Below are positions 24,787 to 38,343 of a stretch of 64,000 nucleotides of DNA, piece after piece. Position numbers and translations under genes: made by a program. The stretch is taken from the NCBI GenBank assembly GCA_000182565.2, contig KQ257450.1. One strand, written 5' to 3'. The DNA comes from Spizellomyces punctatus DAOM BR117. Its lineage: Eukaryota. The notes below the pieces were generated by a model that had not been told where the DNA came from, did not search any database, and saw only the letters and a program-made list of their open reading frames with translations. Position 1 is the stretch's first letter, and each line of letters opens with the position of its first letter.

Positions 24787-25731
24787 CGAAGGCCAATGAT
24801 GTGGAACTCGCAGCTGTCGACAGGTTGCCTTTTCTTGGAACATGATTGGACTTTCGCTCTCGCCAGATGAAGAAACGACGACACATTTCAAGCTAGACAG
24901 AGGGCGCTGAGTTTCGGTGGTGTAGTTTGAGTGTCTTTGGGGCAATGTTCAGAAGTTATATTATTAGATTGGAAGACCCTAAGGCGAACGTCATCCATCG
25001 CAGACGGAATTAACTTGGCTGACGTTAACTGATTTGTATTGTCCCAACATTTAAGCTAGACCTTAACGCTACACGACACCGATTGAGCAGGATGCAGAAC
25101 ATGTTCGGAGGTTAACTCGGAGGTCAACTTGGAGCTCAACTCGTTCAGGGTTACCAAGTCAAGTTGCTCCGATCTGGATAATAAACTTAATAGACCACCC
25201 CAATAAATAACCTGAAGTAACGGGACTCATTTCGGAGTTTCCGTCTTTATGGTAGAACTACTTCTGTTGCCTTGAGCCATCGGAAACTGCACATAAAACC
25301 GCCGGGTTGAAAAGTGTTAAGGTGACATTGTCCCAAACAACGATGCCTGTTGCCCTTGGAATACTCCCAATTCGTGGCAGCTCCCGCGGAGATTTCTTCT
25401 CTGGTTAGACTTACGACTTTCTGAAAAAGAGTGCAACAAGAACGTCCGCCAACATGGGTCAGACGCTCTGGTGCTGTCATAGTATCCTCGGCCCCTTCAA
25501 AAAACAAACATTTTACGCATCATCAATTGGACAAAATAAACGCATGGTAAACCTTGGAGACACGACACTTGGCTGTTGACCTTGGGCAACCCTGTCCATG
25601 TTCAGTAACGTGACCTAGGATCTGCAAGCACGTGCATTCACGTGATGCTTTTCTGGTTCCAAAGGCCGACGTTTTGCTCTCCCGTCGTAGATTCACCACG
25701 CAAGATCAAAAGCACTTGGATTTGCAACGCC

Positions 25732-26286
25732 ATGTCTACTGGAGGAGTCACTGTCAAAGACGTGAGCGCACACGACTTTATCAAGGCGTATGCGGCTTAC
25801 CTCAAACGCACGGGAAAACTGGAAATTCCCAAATGGGTGGATTTGGTCAAAACAGGTGCCTACAAGGAATTAGCTCCCTATGACCAGGACTGGTTTTACA
25901 TTCGTGCAGGTACGTACCCACGTTTCCCTTTACTCAGTCCAGCTCGTCATACTGATCTATTCTGCAGCCTCGGTTGCAAGACATATATACATCCGTCAGA
26001 GCGTGGGTACTGGTGCCCTCAAAAAGAAGTACTCTGGACGGCAAAATAGAGGCAACCGCCCGCATCACCATGCCCACTCATCAGGTTCCATTGCACGAAA
26101 GGTGATGCAAGCATTGGAAGGGATCAAAGTATTGGAAAAGGATGCGGCTGGGTACGTTACAGAATGTGTGGCACTTTGGATGGTGTGTTTATGTTGTGTT
26201 TTTGCTTTAGGGGACGACGGATCTCAACAGATGGACAGAAGGACTTGGATCGTATTGCTGCGCAGATTCGTAGAAGTGCTGAATAG
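25732..26286 (+). CDS. RPS19: 40S ribosomal protein S19 (eS19)
   Basis: VTVKDV...[45 protein letters not shown]...[16 protein letters not shown]; 2 introns. Confidence 0.97.
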
Positions 26287-26563
26287 AGTATGTAGATATT
26301 TAGACATGTACACAAGCGTCCATACTCTGGCATACCATTTGGGATGCTGCAGGGAATAAACTATTGTGGTGGCCTTGCGGCCTTTGGAATTGCGTGCGCT
26401 CACGGAACGATTGTGGATGGTATTGCAATGGCCCGCGCGTGCGTTTGGCGAATTCCATTGCCGAGTCAAGGGTAAATCTAGCCCGCCTAAGAAGCGGTGC
26501 TATACCTGTGGACCAGCTCTCTCTCTTCGCATCGGAGCTACCACAGGGATCGATACACGCACT

Positions 26564-28673
26564 TCAACAGGAACAAATACGATAATCCCATCTTATTGCG
26601 CAAAGGATGATATTCGCAAATAACAGATATCGTTGACTTACGCTCCCTCCACAAGCAATCCGCGTGCATACTCCTCTGCTGATGCAGCCATATCGGGAAA
26701 CTCTTGCAGAACTCGGTCGTAGTTGTTGCGGTCGAGGCGGTAGGCATGGCACGCCCCTATCGCACGAACGGTGTTCAATCGTGGTATCTCGACGACAAGA
26801 GCGGTTTCTAGGTTTAAAAGTCAGAACGACGTTAGAATCAGCACCCGCTCGCCCCAACAAACCTCCAAAGAAATCGCCGCTCGTCAAAACCAGCTTTCTC
26901 CCATCTCCCCAAACAACCTCCACTGATCCACTCGCAATCCAAAACATATCCGAGCCTATCGTACCCTCTTTATAGATAACTTCCCCGGGCATGTAAAACC
27001 GGTCCTGAAGACAGAGCGCCAGGGACCCCAGGAAGTCTTCGTTCATGGTGTGTAAAACGGGGACGGATGCGAGGAGATTAGGGCCGGATGCTATTTGCTA
27101 TAGCAATAGTCAACACTCACCTACAGCCTACTAAAAAAACGAGATCTGATAAACACACACCTGCTTCAGCGCCAAGTTGAATTCCTCCAAAATCCTTCCC
27201 TCATCAAAAACCCTCCCATGAAACTTCAACCATAGAAACTCTCGCACACGTCTCCGGGTGCCTGAATCTAAGTTTCTGCTACTCATGTACTCGGTCACTT
27301 GGTCCAGTTTCTCGTTGTAAAGACGGCCGGGTGGATCAAGCCCCACTCGGACGGCTTGGATAATCCCTGTCAGGCATCCGGTGATAAGAGCCCCGAAGAG
27401 GACCCAGACAATGTGGAATGCAATTTCAGCTGGTGCGCGGGGTCTGGGACGGAAATTAAAAGGTTTAAACATGACATGGCTCTAACGAAAAGTGCTTCAA
27501 ACTACGTACCGAACCTCCCACGTAAACGGCCAACTATTGGCAACAGCCATCAGCAGTCCCCACGCATACTGCCACCAAAACCCCACACCCACCACCCATT
27601 TAAACTCGCCGAATGTCCAATATCCCGTCAGATTTCCATACAGAAACGTTAAACACGCATTCATATGCAAATACCACAACAACGCGACGGCAAAAGTAGA
27701 CATGGTCACGATAATATGCCCCGCTTTCAGTGCTCGCGCCGTCGTCTTTGAAATGCGCGTGTAGACGGGGTTGGTCGCCAGTATGCGGCGTAAACGGTAC
27801 GCTCTCCCCATCCGAACCAAACGAAGCGGACCCAACGCAATACTCGGGGCACGCTCGTAATAGATCAAATCATACGGTATCGCTGTTAAAACATCTACCA
27901 CGCATGCTGGGCTCGTCACGTACGCGCTAAACGACTTTGCCAGCGATGGGCACGAATCACGCAACGTGACGGCGTTGATGAGAGTATCCATGGTATAGAG
28001 GCCCGTCAAAAGTTTGGAGACAGTTGTGACCCGGTGCACACTACAGCGTTCGAAACCGGCAGCGACGGGGACGATAAAGAGCGTATGCCAGTATGCACCT
28101 ATGGCATGTGTGAGTAGCTAGTGGCCTGGAATGTATCGAGTGAAGGGAGACTTACATGACATGATGAGATCCCAAACGAGTTTGATGGGTGAGGTTGGAA
28201 GCAGACCCCACCTCCTTTCCTGTTTTTCCACCTTAGAGTCCACTATCTGTTCTTTCGCCGGTTCCTTAACCTCTTGTTTCGCACTTGAGGGCTTTCGCAT
28301 CTCCTCAGGTGATGTCTTTGACAATGCAATCACGCTGGATCTCTCTGACGATGCGTCTGACTCCTCCTCAGGCCGGCCTGCAGATGCTGACCGATGCATC
28401 GTTGTGGAATCTGTTCAAAATAGTCCGGATCACATTCCATCTCCTTTCAATACAGGCAGCCGAAAAAAACGTACGCCTCCCTATATCTTCTTCCTCAAAT
28501 ATCACTCCACCGACCCACATGGATTCGGCGCGCACCAGCTCATGACGCTGGTACCGCTCCAATTTCCCAACCAGCACCTGTGTCGTTTGTTGGAGGGCAT
28601 CCAGGTCTGTGAGTTGGCTCGTCAAAGTTGTCCTGGCTTGGTGAAGGAGACTTAGGAGGTGTACGCGATGCAT
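26564..28673 (-). CDS. 6-TM cation channel with cyclic-nucleotide-binding domain (CNG/HCN/KCNH superfamily)
   Basis: S3 DVLTAIPYD, S4 LRLVRMGRAYRLRR, S5 YLHMNAC, S6, C-linker EKLDQVTEYMSSRNL, CNBD GEVIYKEG...GDFFGETALV...PRLNTVRA. Confidence 0.88.
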
Positions 28674-29187
28674 TTTGGAGGTTAAACATATATTTAGCTG
28701 GACTGGATATTCGGAGGATCCTTATAGTAAAGGGGTTGTCTCGGGGGTATCTGACAGATTACTTACCAAGCATGTATTCACCATTTCTACGCAGCTGATA
28801 TATCACCATAGCATCGCAAACATACAAGCATGGCAGGAGAATAGAATATGGCCATACACTATTCACTTCATACATTTGTGAGATACACCATGTCGATTCA
28901 TGGTATTTGTGACATACCTCAAAGGACAAAAATAGAACACATCTCGACAAGTCCTCATGAGGACTCTAGTTTCTTATGACGGTTCTGGGCACTACTTTAC
29001 TGATTGGGAAGACGGATAGAAAATGCGACGATGCGTTAAAGAATCCGTGGTTTTTGTAATGCAATGTTGGGGGTATCGATCGGCATGTCTCATTCTAAAA
29101 TCGTCCCGTCCCCAAATAACTGTGTAAACGCGTACCCGCGCGGCCTCCCACCGTCAGTCGCATTCCCAACCACCTCCCCACCACACA

Positions 29188-29800
29188 ATGACAGTAAGTC
29201 CGCATGGCTCAACGTCCCCTCGCATACAATCTCACAAAAGCCCCCTACTCAGATATACAATCTCTACATTTTCGACCGTCACTGTAAATGCGTCTCCTTC
29301 ACCTCATGGACCAAACCACGCACAACTGCCACGAGTCCTGAATCGTCGTCACCAGGGGACGTGACGCAGGGGACGGCGAAGGGTGCAATAGGAGCAACTG
29401 GAATGAGTCTAGAAGAGGAAGCGAAATTGGTGTACGGTGTGGTGTTCTCCTTGAGGAATTTGGTGAGCAAGTTGAATGCCAAACCTGGGTAAGCTGCCCA
29501 CTCTTACAGTCATTTTGAGCAAAACTAATCACGAATCCCAACAGAAGCGAAGGATTCATCTCGTATAGGACGAATGCATACAAGCTCCACTACTTTGAAA
29601 CACCCACTGGCCTCAAATTCGTCATGAACACCGATCCCCACATGGATAGTATGCGCGACGCCCTACGCATGATGTATTCGCATATTTACGTAGAGTATGT
29701 GACAAAGAATCCGTTGCAGCGGTTGGATGGGCCGATCGAAAATGAGCTTTTTAGGAATAATTTACAGAAATTTGTAAGGAGTTTGCCGGGCTTTGAGTAA
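29188..29800 (+). CDS. BET5: TRAPP complex subunit Bet5/TRAPPC1
   Basis: MT|IYNLYIFDRHC, EEAKLVYGVVFSLRNLV, YRTNAYKLHYFETPTGLKFVMNTDP, IYVEYVTKNP. Confidence 0.93.
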
Positions 29801-29975
29801 GTAGAAAGCGGGGGAGGGGATAGGGCTCGGACACGGATGGTCTTGACCGCTACCCACCAAGATACCAAACAAGCACAAGCCAACTGCAACAAGTGTGGAA
29901 TAATGTATATACAAAGAAGTAATGAAAAAGAAAACCAAGCTAGAAATTAATAAATTCTATAAACCCGTCTTCACA

Positions 29976-32888
29976 TCAACGTCGTCCCTTGCTTTTCCCC
30001 TTCCCTTTTCCCTTCAGTCCATGCCGGCCCGTCTTTGCCCGTCTCTTCTCCTTCTCCTTCCTCTCCTTTGCAATCTGCTGTACCGTCTTCAATTCGCTCT
30101 TGACATTTGCCGCGCGTTTCTTGGGATGCACGGCTGCTTGACTGGCATCACCAGCAGCCGCCTCCTTTTCGCGCTTCCGTTGATTTCGGGCATAATTCTT
30201 TGAGTTGACATCGGGTGCTGTGATTTTCGTGTGTCGGTACTTTCGGGTACCTGTTGACAGGCCTCCAGCGTTAGCGCGGTGAACGGCATCCCCGAGTTCC
30301 TGTTCACCAGCACGAGGTAGTGCCACTTTTGTCCGTTTCTGCCAATCTTCAAATCGCTGTGTTTTGTAACTGGCATTTACAATTGCGCCACTCTCTGTTC
30401 GAATCTTCTTTTTATTATCCGATCCGATAGTGTGTCGGACAAAGTTGTGTTTTGTCTTGTCCCACACAAGTGCTCCTCGGGTCTTGCGGAGACCGTCGGC
30501 ATCTTCCGCTTGGAGTTCGAGGGTGGCGGCCTGCGCGCGTTCGGCGAACGAAGCAGGGCCTTCGTTGGAGTTAACTGCGTAGCCGCGTTCCGTTTCGGCG
30601 TCAGCCTGGCGGTATGAAATATAATGCTCTTCATCGCGGAAGGACGCAGGGCTTTTGCGTTTTTTCGAGGTCGTCAGGACACTCGAGAATGTTTTCTAGA
30701 GAGAACACAATATCACGAGAATGAATGACCATATCTTAAATACAAGCGCGTCCAATTGTTCACCTACCGCAAGATCTGTCTCATCGGCAGCTTCTACCGT
30801 CGTCTTGCCCAATAGCTCAGTCTGTTGCTGAGCCAATTTCATATCTTTCTCCGCTCGCTGCTGTCTCCATGCTGCCACCGATGACCCAAACTGCCCCCTC
30901 CGTTTCTGCATCAACACTGCTTCTGCCGTTTTCAGACCCTTCTTGGTCGTTTCGAAGACGGTCTCGGCCGGCCGAAATTTAGATATGGATGCAATCATGG
31001 CTGCTTGTGCTTGCTCTGCTGGATTGATTTTCTCCGCCAAAAATGGGTGAATGCCCAGGTAGACGTCTCCAATCTCCTTGGCACGAGCATAGGATTCCTT
31101 CGATGCCACAGGTCGTGACTTATAATACATCTTGTACGCATTCTTAGCGGACGTCTCCAGGTTCTCCATCGTGATATTATTCTTCACTGTGGAAATAACC
31201 TGTTCAACATCCATCGCCAATGCTGACGGTGGAATGATTCCGTATACGAATTCAGACGTATAATCCGGCTGACGAGCTACGACCTCCCCGTTGATAGATG
31301 TCTTATCGAATGTTGAAGCAAATACTAATGGTCGTCCTGTGAACAGTTGCAGATCTAGCAAATAAGGTACTTCATCCGTCGACACCAACGAGAAGGCTTT
31401 TCCTGTCCGTCCAGCACGTGCCGCACGTCCAACTCGGTGAACAAACACCTTATTCGACGCAGGAAAATCGTAGTTGATAACGTTATCCAAGAGCGGGACG
31501 TCAATACCACGAGCCGCCACGTCAGTGACGATGAGGACTTTCACTTTTCCAGCTCTGAATCTGGCGAGGTGGAAACGACGCGCGGATTGATCGAGCGCAC
31601 CGTATATATAAGTATTCTCTACACCAGCTGCCGAAAGAAGTTCCTGGACGTATTCAACATGGTGTTTGGTGGCGACAAACACAATCGTCATTTGATCTTT
31701 TGGAATGGCGAAACGGAAAAGCGACAAAAGCGCGGCATCTCTCTCTTCTTGTTTAATAGAAAAGAAGTACATTTGCAAATCTTTGCTGATCTTTGTGTCA
31801 ACATCGAGACGAATGAGAGCAGGGTCCGTCAAGCCCGCTTTCGCAAAATCGACCAACAGCCTTGGCAACGTAGCAGAGAACAGCAACGTCTGACGGGACT
31901 CAGGTAATCGAAACAAGATTTCCCGCAACTGCTCCGCGAAACCCATTTCAAAAAGTCGATCCGCCTCGTCAAACACAACATACTCGACAGTTTTCAAGTC
32001 CAGATTCATTTCAATCATCAAGTGCATCAATCGACCTGGTGTGGCAATGATCACGTCCGGGTTGCTCGCAATTGCCGAGAACTGATCTTCCATGCTATCT
32101 CCACCAACCAAAACACAGAACCGTAGATCTGTGTATTTTCCGAGGTCTTTGATGAACTTGAGGGTTTGTAGTGCAAGTTCTCGTGATGGTGACAGAATCA
32201 GGCCACGGGCACCGACTTTTGCTGAGTGTGCTTTAAGACGCTCCAAAAGGGGGATGACGAACGCTGCCGTTTTACCGGACCCTGTCCTTGCCATCGCCAC
32301 AATGTCACGGCCTTCCATGATAACGGGGATGGATCGTCGCTGTATGGGTGTTGGAACTTTGTAGCCTTTGTGTCCAATGGCTTTGTAGACGGGGTAACTC
32401 AGACCCATAGATTGAAATCCACCAGATTTTTTGCCCTTTCTGTTGGCTGCCTTGATTTTATCAGCTAGCTCCTTTTCTTCTACATCGTCCTCGTCCTCTT
32501 CCGCGTCAGTGCTGAAATCCTCACCCTCGTTTTGCTCTTGCTCGCTTTCGTCTTCTTGGCTCACATCTTCCTCCATATCTTCACTTTCAGATCCGCCGTC
32601 TTCTACGCCTTGATCACCTACAGCGCTCTCCTCATCCTGACTAAAGTCCACTTCATTCTCTTCTGTGTCCTCTTCGTCACTCTCCCAGTTATTATCATCA
32701 GAGCTTCCCTCAGCATCTATATCTGACCCGCTCTCCCACACATCATCTTCGTCATCCTTTTGCAATGGAACAGTCTCAAACTCTTCTTCCTCCTCTTTCT
32801 TGTCACCACGACTGGGTCGTGATTCTTTACCCTTCTTGCCGAATTAACCATCTCGGCCTTTGCCGATTTGAAAACTTTTCCTTGCCGC
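29976..32888 (-). CDS. DBP10: ATP-dependent DEAD-box RNA helicase Dbp10/DDX54 (5' end at assembly gap)
   Basis: KKSGGFQSMGL, MARTGSGKT, DEADRLFEMGF, SAT, HRVGRAARAG, C-terminal KKIRTESG; one intron near 30697-30767. Confidence 0.93.
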
Positions 32889-32988
32889 NNNNNNNNNNNN
32901 NNNNNNNNNNNNNNNNNNNNNNNNNNNNNNNNNNNNNNNNNNNNNNNNNNNNNNNNNNNNNNNNNNNNNNNNNNNNNNNNNNNNNNNN
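32889..32988. other. Assembly gap (100 N)
   Basis: Run of 100 n characters, a typical placeholder of unknown true size. Confidence 0.99.
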
Positions 32989-33265
32989 GCTTTGATGTTT
33001 AGACTAATGATAGCGCTTTGGAACTTGATCGGCAAAAACAATTATAACCATGAACCGCCCTGCATCCAACGCAAGATTCAAGAACCGGATCGATCCGATA
33101 TCGGGATGCTAGACAAGCAGGCGAGACATTTGTTATAGCCAATATACGAATTCTTGGATCAATGAAGAGAAAAGATCCACAGAGATGTTTACTAGCAACA
33201 TTATTTCGTATAGTCGCAAAATGCCCGAATTCTACTCTTCTATTCTCAATCAATCAATCATGGCA

Positions 33266-34105
33266 TTACACTTTGATCAAACCCTTCACTCTTCCATTTT
33301 GTAGCCAGTCAGATGCGACATTATCTAAATGGTTATCAAAATCAACCAGCACATCATATACACGACTTTTGATCCAATCCTGTCGTGTGGCCTGTGGAAT
33401 CTCGGGGCCGACGAGGCTGGAGGGACGAGTGAGACCGCAGGTGGTAAATGGATAAGGCAGAGCACAACTTACTAATTGGATTGTAAGGGTTTCCAGCCAC
33501 CATTCGTCTTCGTATACGGCTATAAAGAATCCGCCAACGTCAGGTAAACGTCCCCTTATCCTGCAAAGAACTGACTGCAACGACTTACAATGACACCCAA
33601 CTCTCCATTCCCAACCTTCACCGCATCAAGCTAGATCAATTCATTCGCTTCAATTCACAGTGCCCTCACCCCATCAATGCACCAAAATAGAAGCACTTAC
33701 AACTAATAGAACCGCCCCACTAAAGCGCTCGTCAATAGTGTCCATAATTCTCGTCACGGCAACCGAGGGTTCCTTGTCCGCCGCATTCAGGTTTGCGGTG
33801 TAAAACCCGATAATTTGAGTCGACGTTTGGGTAGCGTAGATTTCGATCTACAAAAAACGTAGTTACATTAATGAACTTTAAAGCACATTCAAAAAAATAC
33901 ATCCTGACTATACCTGCTGAAACGCGATCTCCAAGCTCCCCTTTAAAACCTCTCCGTGAAAGCATGGTACCGCATCCGTGATTTCGATCCCTTTCGACGT
34001 TTTCTTGCCTAGAAGGACGCCGCTGACAGAGTGTACGGCATATTTGGCTGAATGCAAAAGGAACACGGTATAGGCAAGGGTGTGGAGGGTATAACTTTGA
34101 GACAT
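33266..34105 (-). CDS. EMC8: ER membrane complex subunit EMC8/9 (UPF0172)
   Basis: LLHSAKY...VSGVLLG...ITDAVPCFH...LEIA; C-terminal LVDFDNHLDNVASDWLQN; 4 introns. Confidence 0.88.
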
Positions 34106-34566
34106 GATGTGGCTACGGGAGGAGGTGCGGAGTACGATATGCGCAGAAGGTCTTTTGCGTCGGGTTTGGCTTGGCTGGGTAGAGTTATTTGCTGCTATGA
34201 CCTGCGTCAGGTGGATTGGGCACTAAATTCGACCACTAGAGATCCGTTTTGAACTGGCAGGTGCCATGTGAGTCACCACACGCTCCGATTAAAATGTATG
34301 AACGTGTGAGGTTTTCCGCATCCATCTCACTAACCAACCTTATGTCGAGTATGGGTAAGTTCGAGACGACAAAACGGTTGCGGAATGCCAGTCAACATCA
34401 AGTATATAAATGCCAGAGTGACCTTTTCTACAACATACAGAACGCATTTATTCAAAAAGCGTCCCATAGCACGAACAGCGGATCCAGTATTGGTTCCAAT
34501 CAGCGTTTTTATAATAGTATCTGTAAAGTTTGCCAGCCAATCCCGATTCATCACAGTATCATGGGC

Positions 34567-35420
34567 TCAGATCTTGGCACTAATCTGCTCAGCCAAAGCC
34601 TTCAACTCCTCCTTGTCCACTGTCTTTCCTGGCCATCCTACCCCCAAGCCCTCTTCTTCATTCGGCTTAGGACTGTGACAAAAGGAGAAATGGTCAGCCT
34701 TACATAACGGAGACACAAACTCCAAAACGTACATGATATGGAAATGTACATGTTCGACTACTTGATCTGAAACAATGGTAACGTCAAGATGGAAGCCAAC
34801 AGCAACAGAAAGTGTGTCCAGCCAACTCACGAGCGAGCCTGCCATTGTTTTGCAAGATGTTGTAATTTGGTGCATCAAGAGCTTTGGCGACCCTCTTGGC
34901 GACTGGGAGTAGATCCGCCAAGCTTTCGTCTGATAGTTCATGCGCAAAAGTGGCATGCTCTATGGGTGCCCATAATGAGAGAGGGTGATGGTGAACAATG
35001 AAAGCCGGATTCATATATACCTTTGGGGATCACAAGCTGTCGTATTCCATACATGGAAAGTTAACAAGGGCATCAGAAGCAAAAGCGCATCTCTCAGTCG
35101 AGCCACCCACCGTCTAACAACATAAAAACAAGTTAGAACTCTTCTGAGCAAATGAATGACCGTCCCATTACGTACATGTCCTTTGGCGAGAGGGTTGACA
35201 TCCAGAAACGCGTACGACAGCTCCGTTTCTAGTACTTTGAAGGACGGAATCGTGCCCTTTCATAAGGAAAAGTTTAAGGGGCTGACAAGATCACTTTCGA
35301 CTTTGTCAATGTACCTTGATAATCTACAAATGGCATACGGACGCGACAATAAGAACAGAGTCACGGTGATGAATGGTAGCTATGTACACTCACTTTGCAG
35401 AAGATGCAGTTGGCTGCCAT
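34567..35420 (-). CDS. HNT1: Histidine triad nucleotide-binding protein (HINT family)
   Basis: Spliced: CIFCK|IIK|GTIPS...AFLDVNPLAKGH|T|LVIPK|EH...NNGRLAHQVVEHVHFHIIPKP. Confidence 0.93.
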
Positions 35421-35909
35421 ATTAATCGATGAGTTGAATTCTGATTCAATACGTTAGAATGCCAGGATTGTAGGAAAGGTGGGGGATGGACCACGCCAGA
35501 ATGGGACAAAGTTGGAGTGACTCATGATAGTGACATGGATGTCTCCACGTGATCTTTGGTGGAAAGCCCTTGCTCGTGGCTTCACACATTAAAAACAAAA
35601 ACGACATGGGGCCGAGATAACTTGCTCCAAAGCCTTTGATTTGAGGTAATAGGATGTGAAAAAAGTGCTAGGGACTCTGAAAAAGCCGCATGTTTCCAAT
35701 GTAAATAATACATTAGTTTGCTTCTCTACTGATTTTGAGCACCTACAAGTGGTGCTAGTACCTCTTCTGCAGTTCGCCTTCATGTGTTGCATCCAATAGA
35801 TTGAAAGAAGACAAGTCTCAGTATAAAAGCCGATTGCTCGCTTGACGCCCCGTACCTAGTTCTAACTAACAAGAAGGGCGTATAGCGTACAAAGATGACA
35901 TGACCACAA

Positions 35910-37736
35910 CTATTCATCTTCCTCAATCTTCTCCTCCACCACTAAACTCGCATTCGGCACTAGCCCGGCATCGCGCAACGTCTCTTCCATATTCACATAG
36001 ACCTTGCGGGGATACGTATTGACAATCACAAAATCGACATCAAATTCCAATGGGAGCAGATCCCGTGTTTCCACAAAGTCATACAAGTTCTGCATTGTGT
36101 CATCTGCTCGGAACCGCCGCACCACTCGTTCGCCGCTGGGTAATCGAATGCTCAGTTTAGACAGTTGGGACTCTGACGCGTCCGGTTCAGCGGGTAGTGT
36201 ATCTGTCAGGTGCTGCTTTCGCTTCTTTTTGGCTTCGATGCGAGCTTCTCGGTTCTTTTCCGCCTTTTCAGCCGCTTCACGCTCCTTTTCTTGTTTTTCT
36301 CGTTCCTCGCGAGCTCTTCGCTCCTGATATCCATGTGTTAGCAACAATGGATACGGTACAAACTAATCCTTGGCCCTTTACCTTTTCTTGATCAGCTCGA
36401 AGTGATGCCTGGTACGCCTCATCTTGTTGTTCTCGTATCATCCGCGCTTGCTCCCGCGCCTGACGTTCGGCGCGAATGGAGAGTAGTTGGGGGTCTACTT
36501 GCTCAATTACACGTGTAACAGCAGCAATCACTTCATCAGGGGAACAAGGACCTATGCAAGCAGAGCGTTCAAAATGACGAAGAGCACTACCAACATTCGA
36601 AGCATGATGATTCGCACCTTCTATTCTTTCCACAACCTTGAGGCTTGATTGATGCGGAGCAATGATCGCGAGAAAGGGATATTTGGTGGCGGAAAGAATA
36701 TTGCTGACCTGGAATTCTTCCGAATTGCGAACGTCACCAGCCCATACCAGGATGTTTTTTTGGATTAAGAAAGATGAGAGACTCTCTGATCCAAGTGTTT
36801 GGCTGGTCAAATCGAAGGAAACACAATCAGCACGTCCACCCCGCGTGTATTGCTCGAAACCAAGTGCTACCGTACCGGCAAAATCCACTAGTGTCATCAT
36901 GCTCTGGAGAATGAAGATAGACAAGGAGGTATCGAATCTCACTCTTTGCTTTTTGAAGTGCCTGAGTGTACGTTCCCTGGAAGAACTGTGGATGTAGGGT
37001 GCCATAGATTTGCTCAAAGTCGAGCAGAAACCTTGCTGCTGCTGCTTTGAGATCGCGGGGAGTTGTTGAGCGTGTGGTTTGTGCCGCTGGTGGGCGTGGT
37101 ATCGGACGGAGACTTGGAGGCAGGAAACTGGCTAAATATTGGGGGAATGAGATGCGACTTGCCGGCTCGCTTTGTGCCAATGCAACCTAGTGGTGCTACC
37201 TGCGTATGAAAGGATGGCCCATGCAATCCGCAGCGGTAGGGTAACAGGAAGAGTCAGCAATGTCCATAGCGACACGGTCTAGAGTTGCAAGATGCGGAAG
37301 TGATCTCAGCGTGATGAACGTGACATGGAAAAGATGGCGGGACTGGTGTTTTTTATCACATACCTGCCTTTGTAGGCCACCAGAAGTCGTACTATTAGTT
37401 GAAGTGGAGGAAGCTGGTTGAGGTGCGTCCTCTGGAAGGTGGTCATCAGTGCCCACTTCTTCGAACACACTATGCACAGATCGCTGTGGTGGTCGCAATG
37501 AGTTGAGAACACTCCCAAGTACAGTCAGCGGTCTAGATTAAATGCTCACCTGAAGATCCCAGCCATGGTTTTCGAGTATCGCCAAGGCAGCGTCGAGATC
37601 TTCCTGATTGGTAATTGCCTACGGAAGGAGTCAGCTGCTGCTGCTTCACACAAGAACCAATCATGATAATTTGATTGACCTGAAAGTTCTGTAACTTGTC
37701 TCTCTGGTCGGCTGTGAGTCTATCCAAGGTGTCCAT
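35910..37736 (-). CDS. UBA-UAS-UBX domain Cdc48/p97 adaptor (FAF2/UBXD8/Ubx2-like)
   Basis: N-terminal QNFQAIT...ILENHGWDL, UAS YLLVYLHSPEHDDT, REQQDEAYQASLRADQEK, UBX IRLPSGERVVRRF...NTYPRK. Confidence 0.88.
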
Positions 37737-38343
37737 GGTCTGTGTCTCGAGATTAGAACTATAGGAGCACTGGTTTATGGCACTCCCCGACCGGGTGAGC
37801 TTTCAAGCCCTGGCTCTAGTCACGTGTGGCTACACGGCACACTTGCATCATGTCATCAAAACGAGCCTTTGTTGAAGCTTCTGGGCATTTAAGAGTAGAA
37901 GGTTGCAGAACAAACGGTTGAGAACAGGACGAGCAGAAGTGGAATAGCCTCTCCCATTCTCATCTGTCTGGGTAGCAGATATTTAGTTTGTAAACGATCT
38001 ATCGATGAACTATCCTTTAGAATGGCGACATCGTCCAATACTGACAACTTTGTGCCAAGTTTGCAATAGCGACTAGAACAGTAGATATCCGGCATTTCGA
38101 ACACTAGCTCCTGCATCTAATATGCAAAGTATGAGCTCGAAAACCCATACGAAACTGTATTAAGTAGCCGGCTGGAACCATTCAAAGCCACGGGAACGAG
38201 TTTGGTGCATCGGACCCTCAGCTCCGCCCCGTATGTCTTTTGCTTGGCAAATGGACTTCTACTTGGCAGATTTTCTACAAAATAAACCCCTCGGTGAACA
38301 CTTTGACTCTTTGCCACCACCATAAAAGACATACTCTTGCCCA

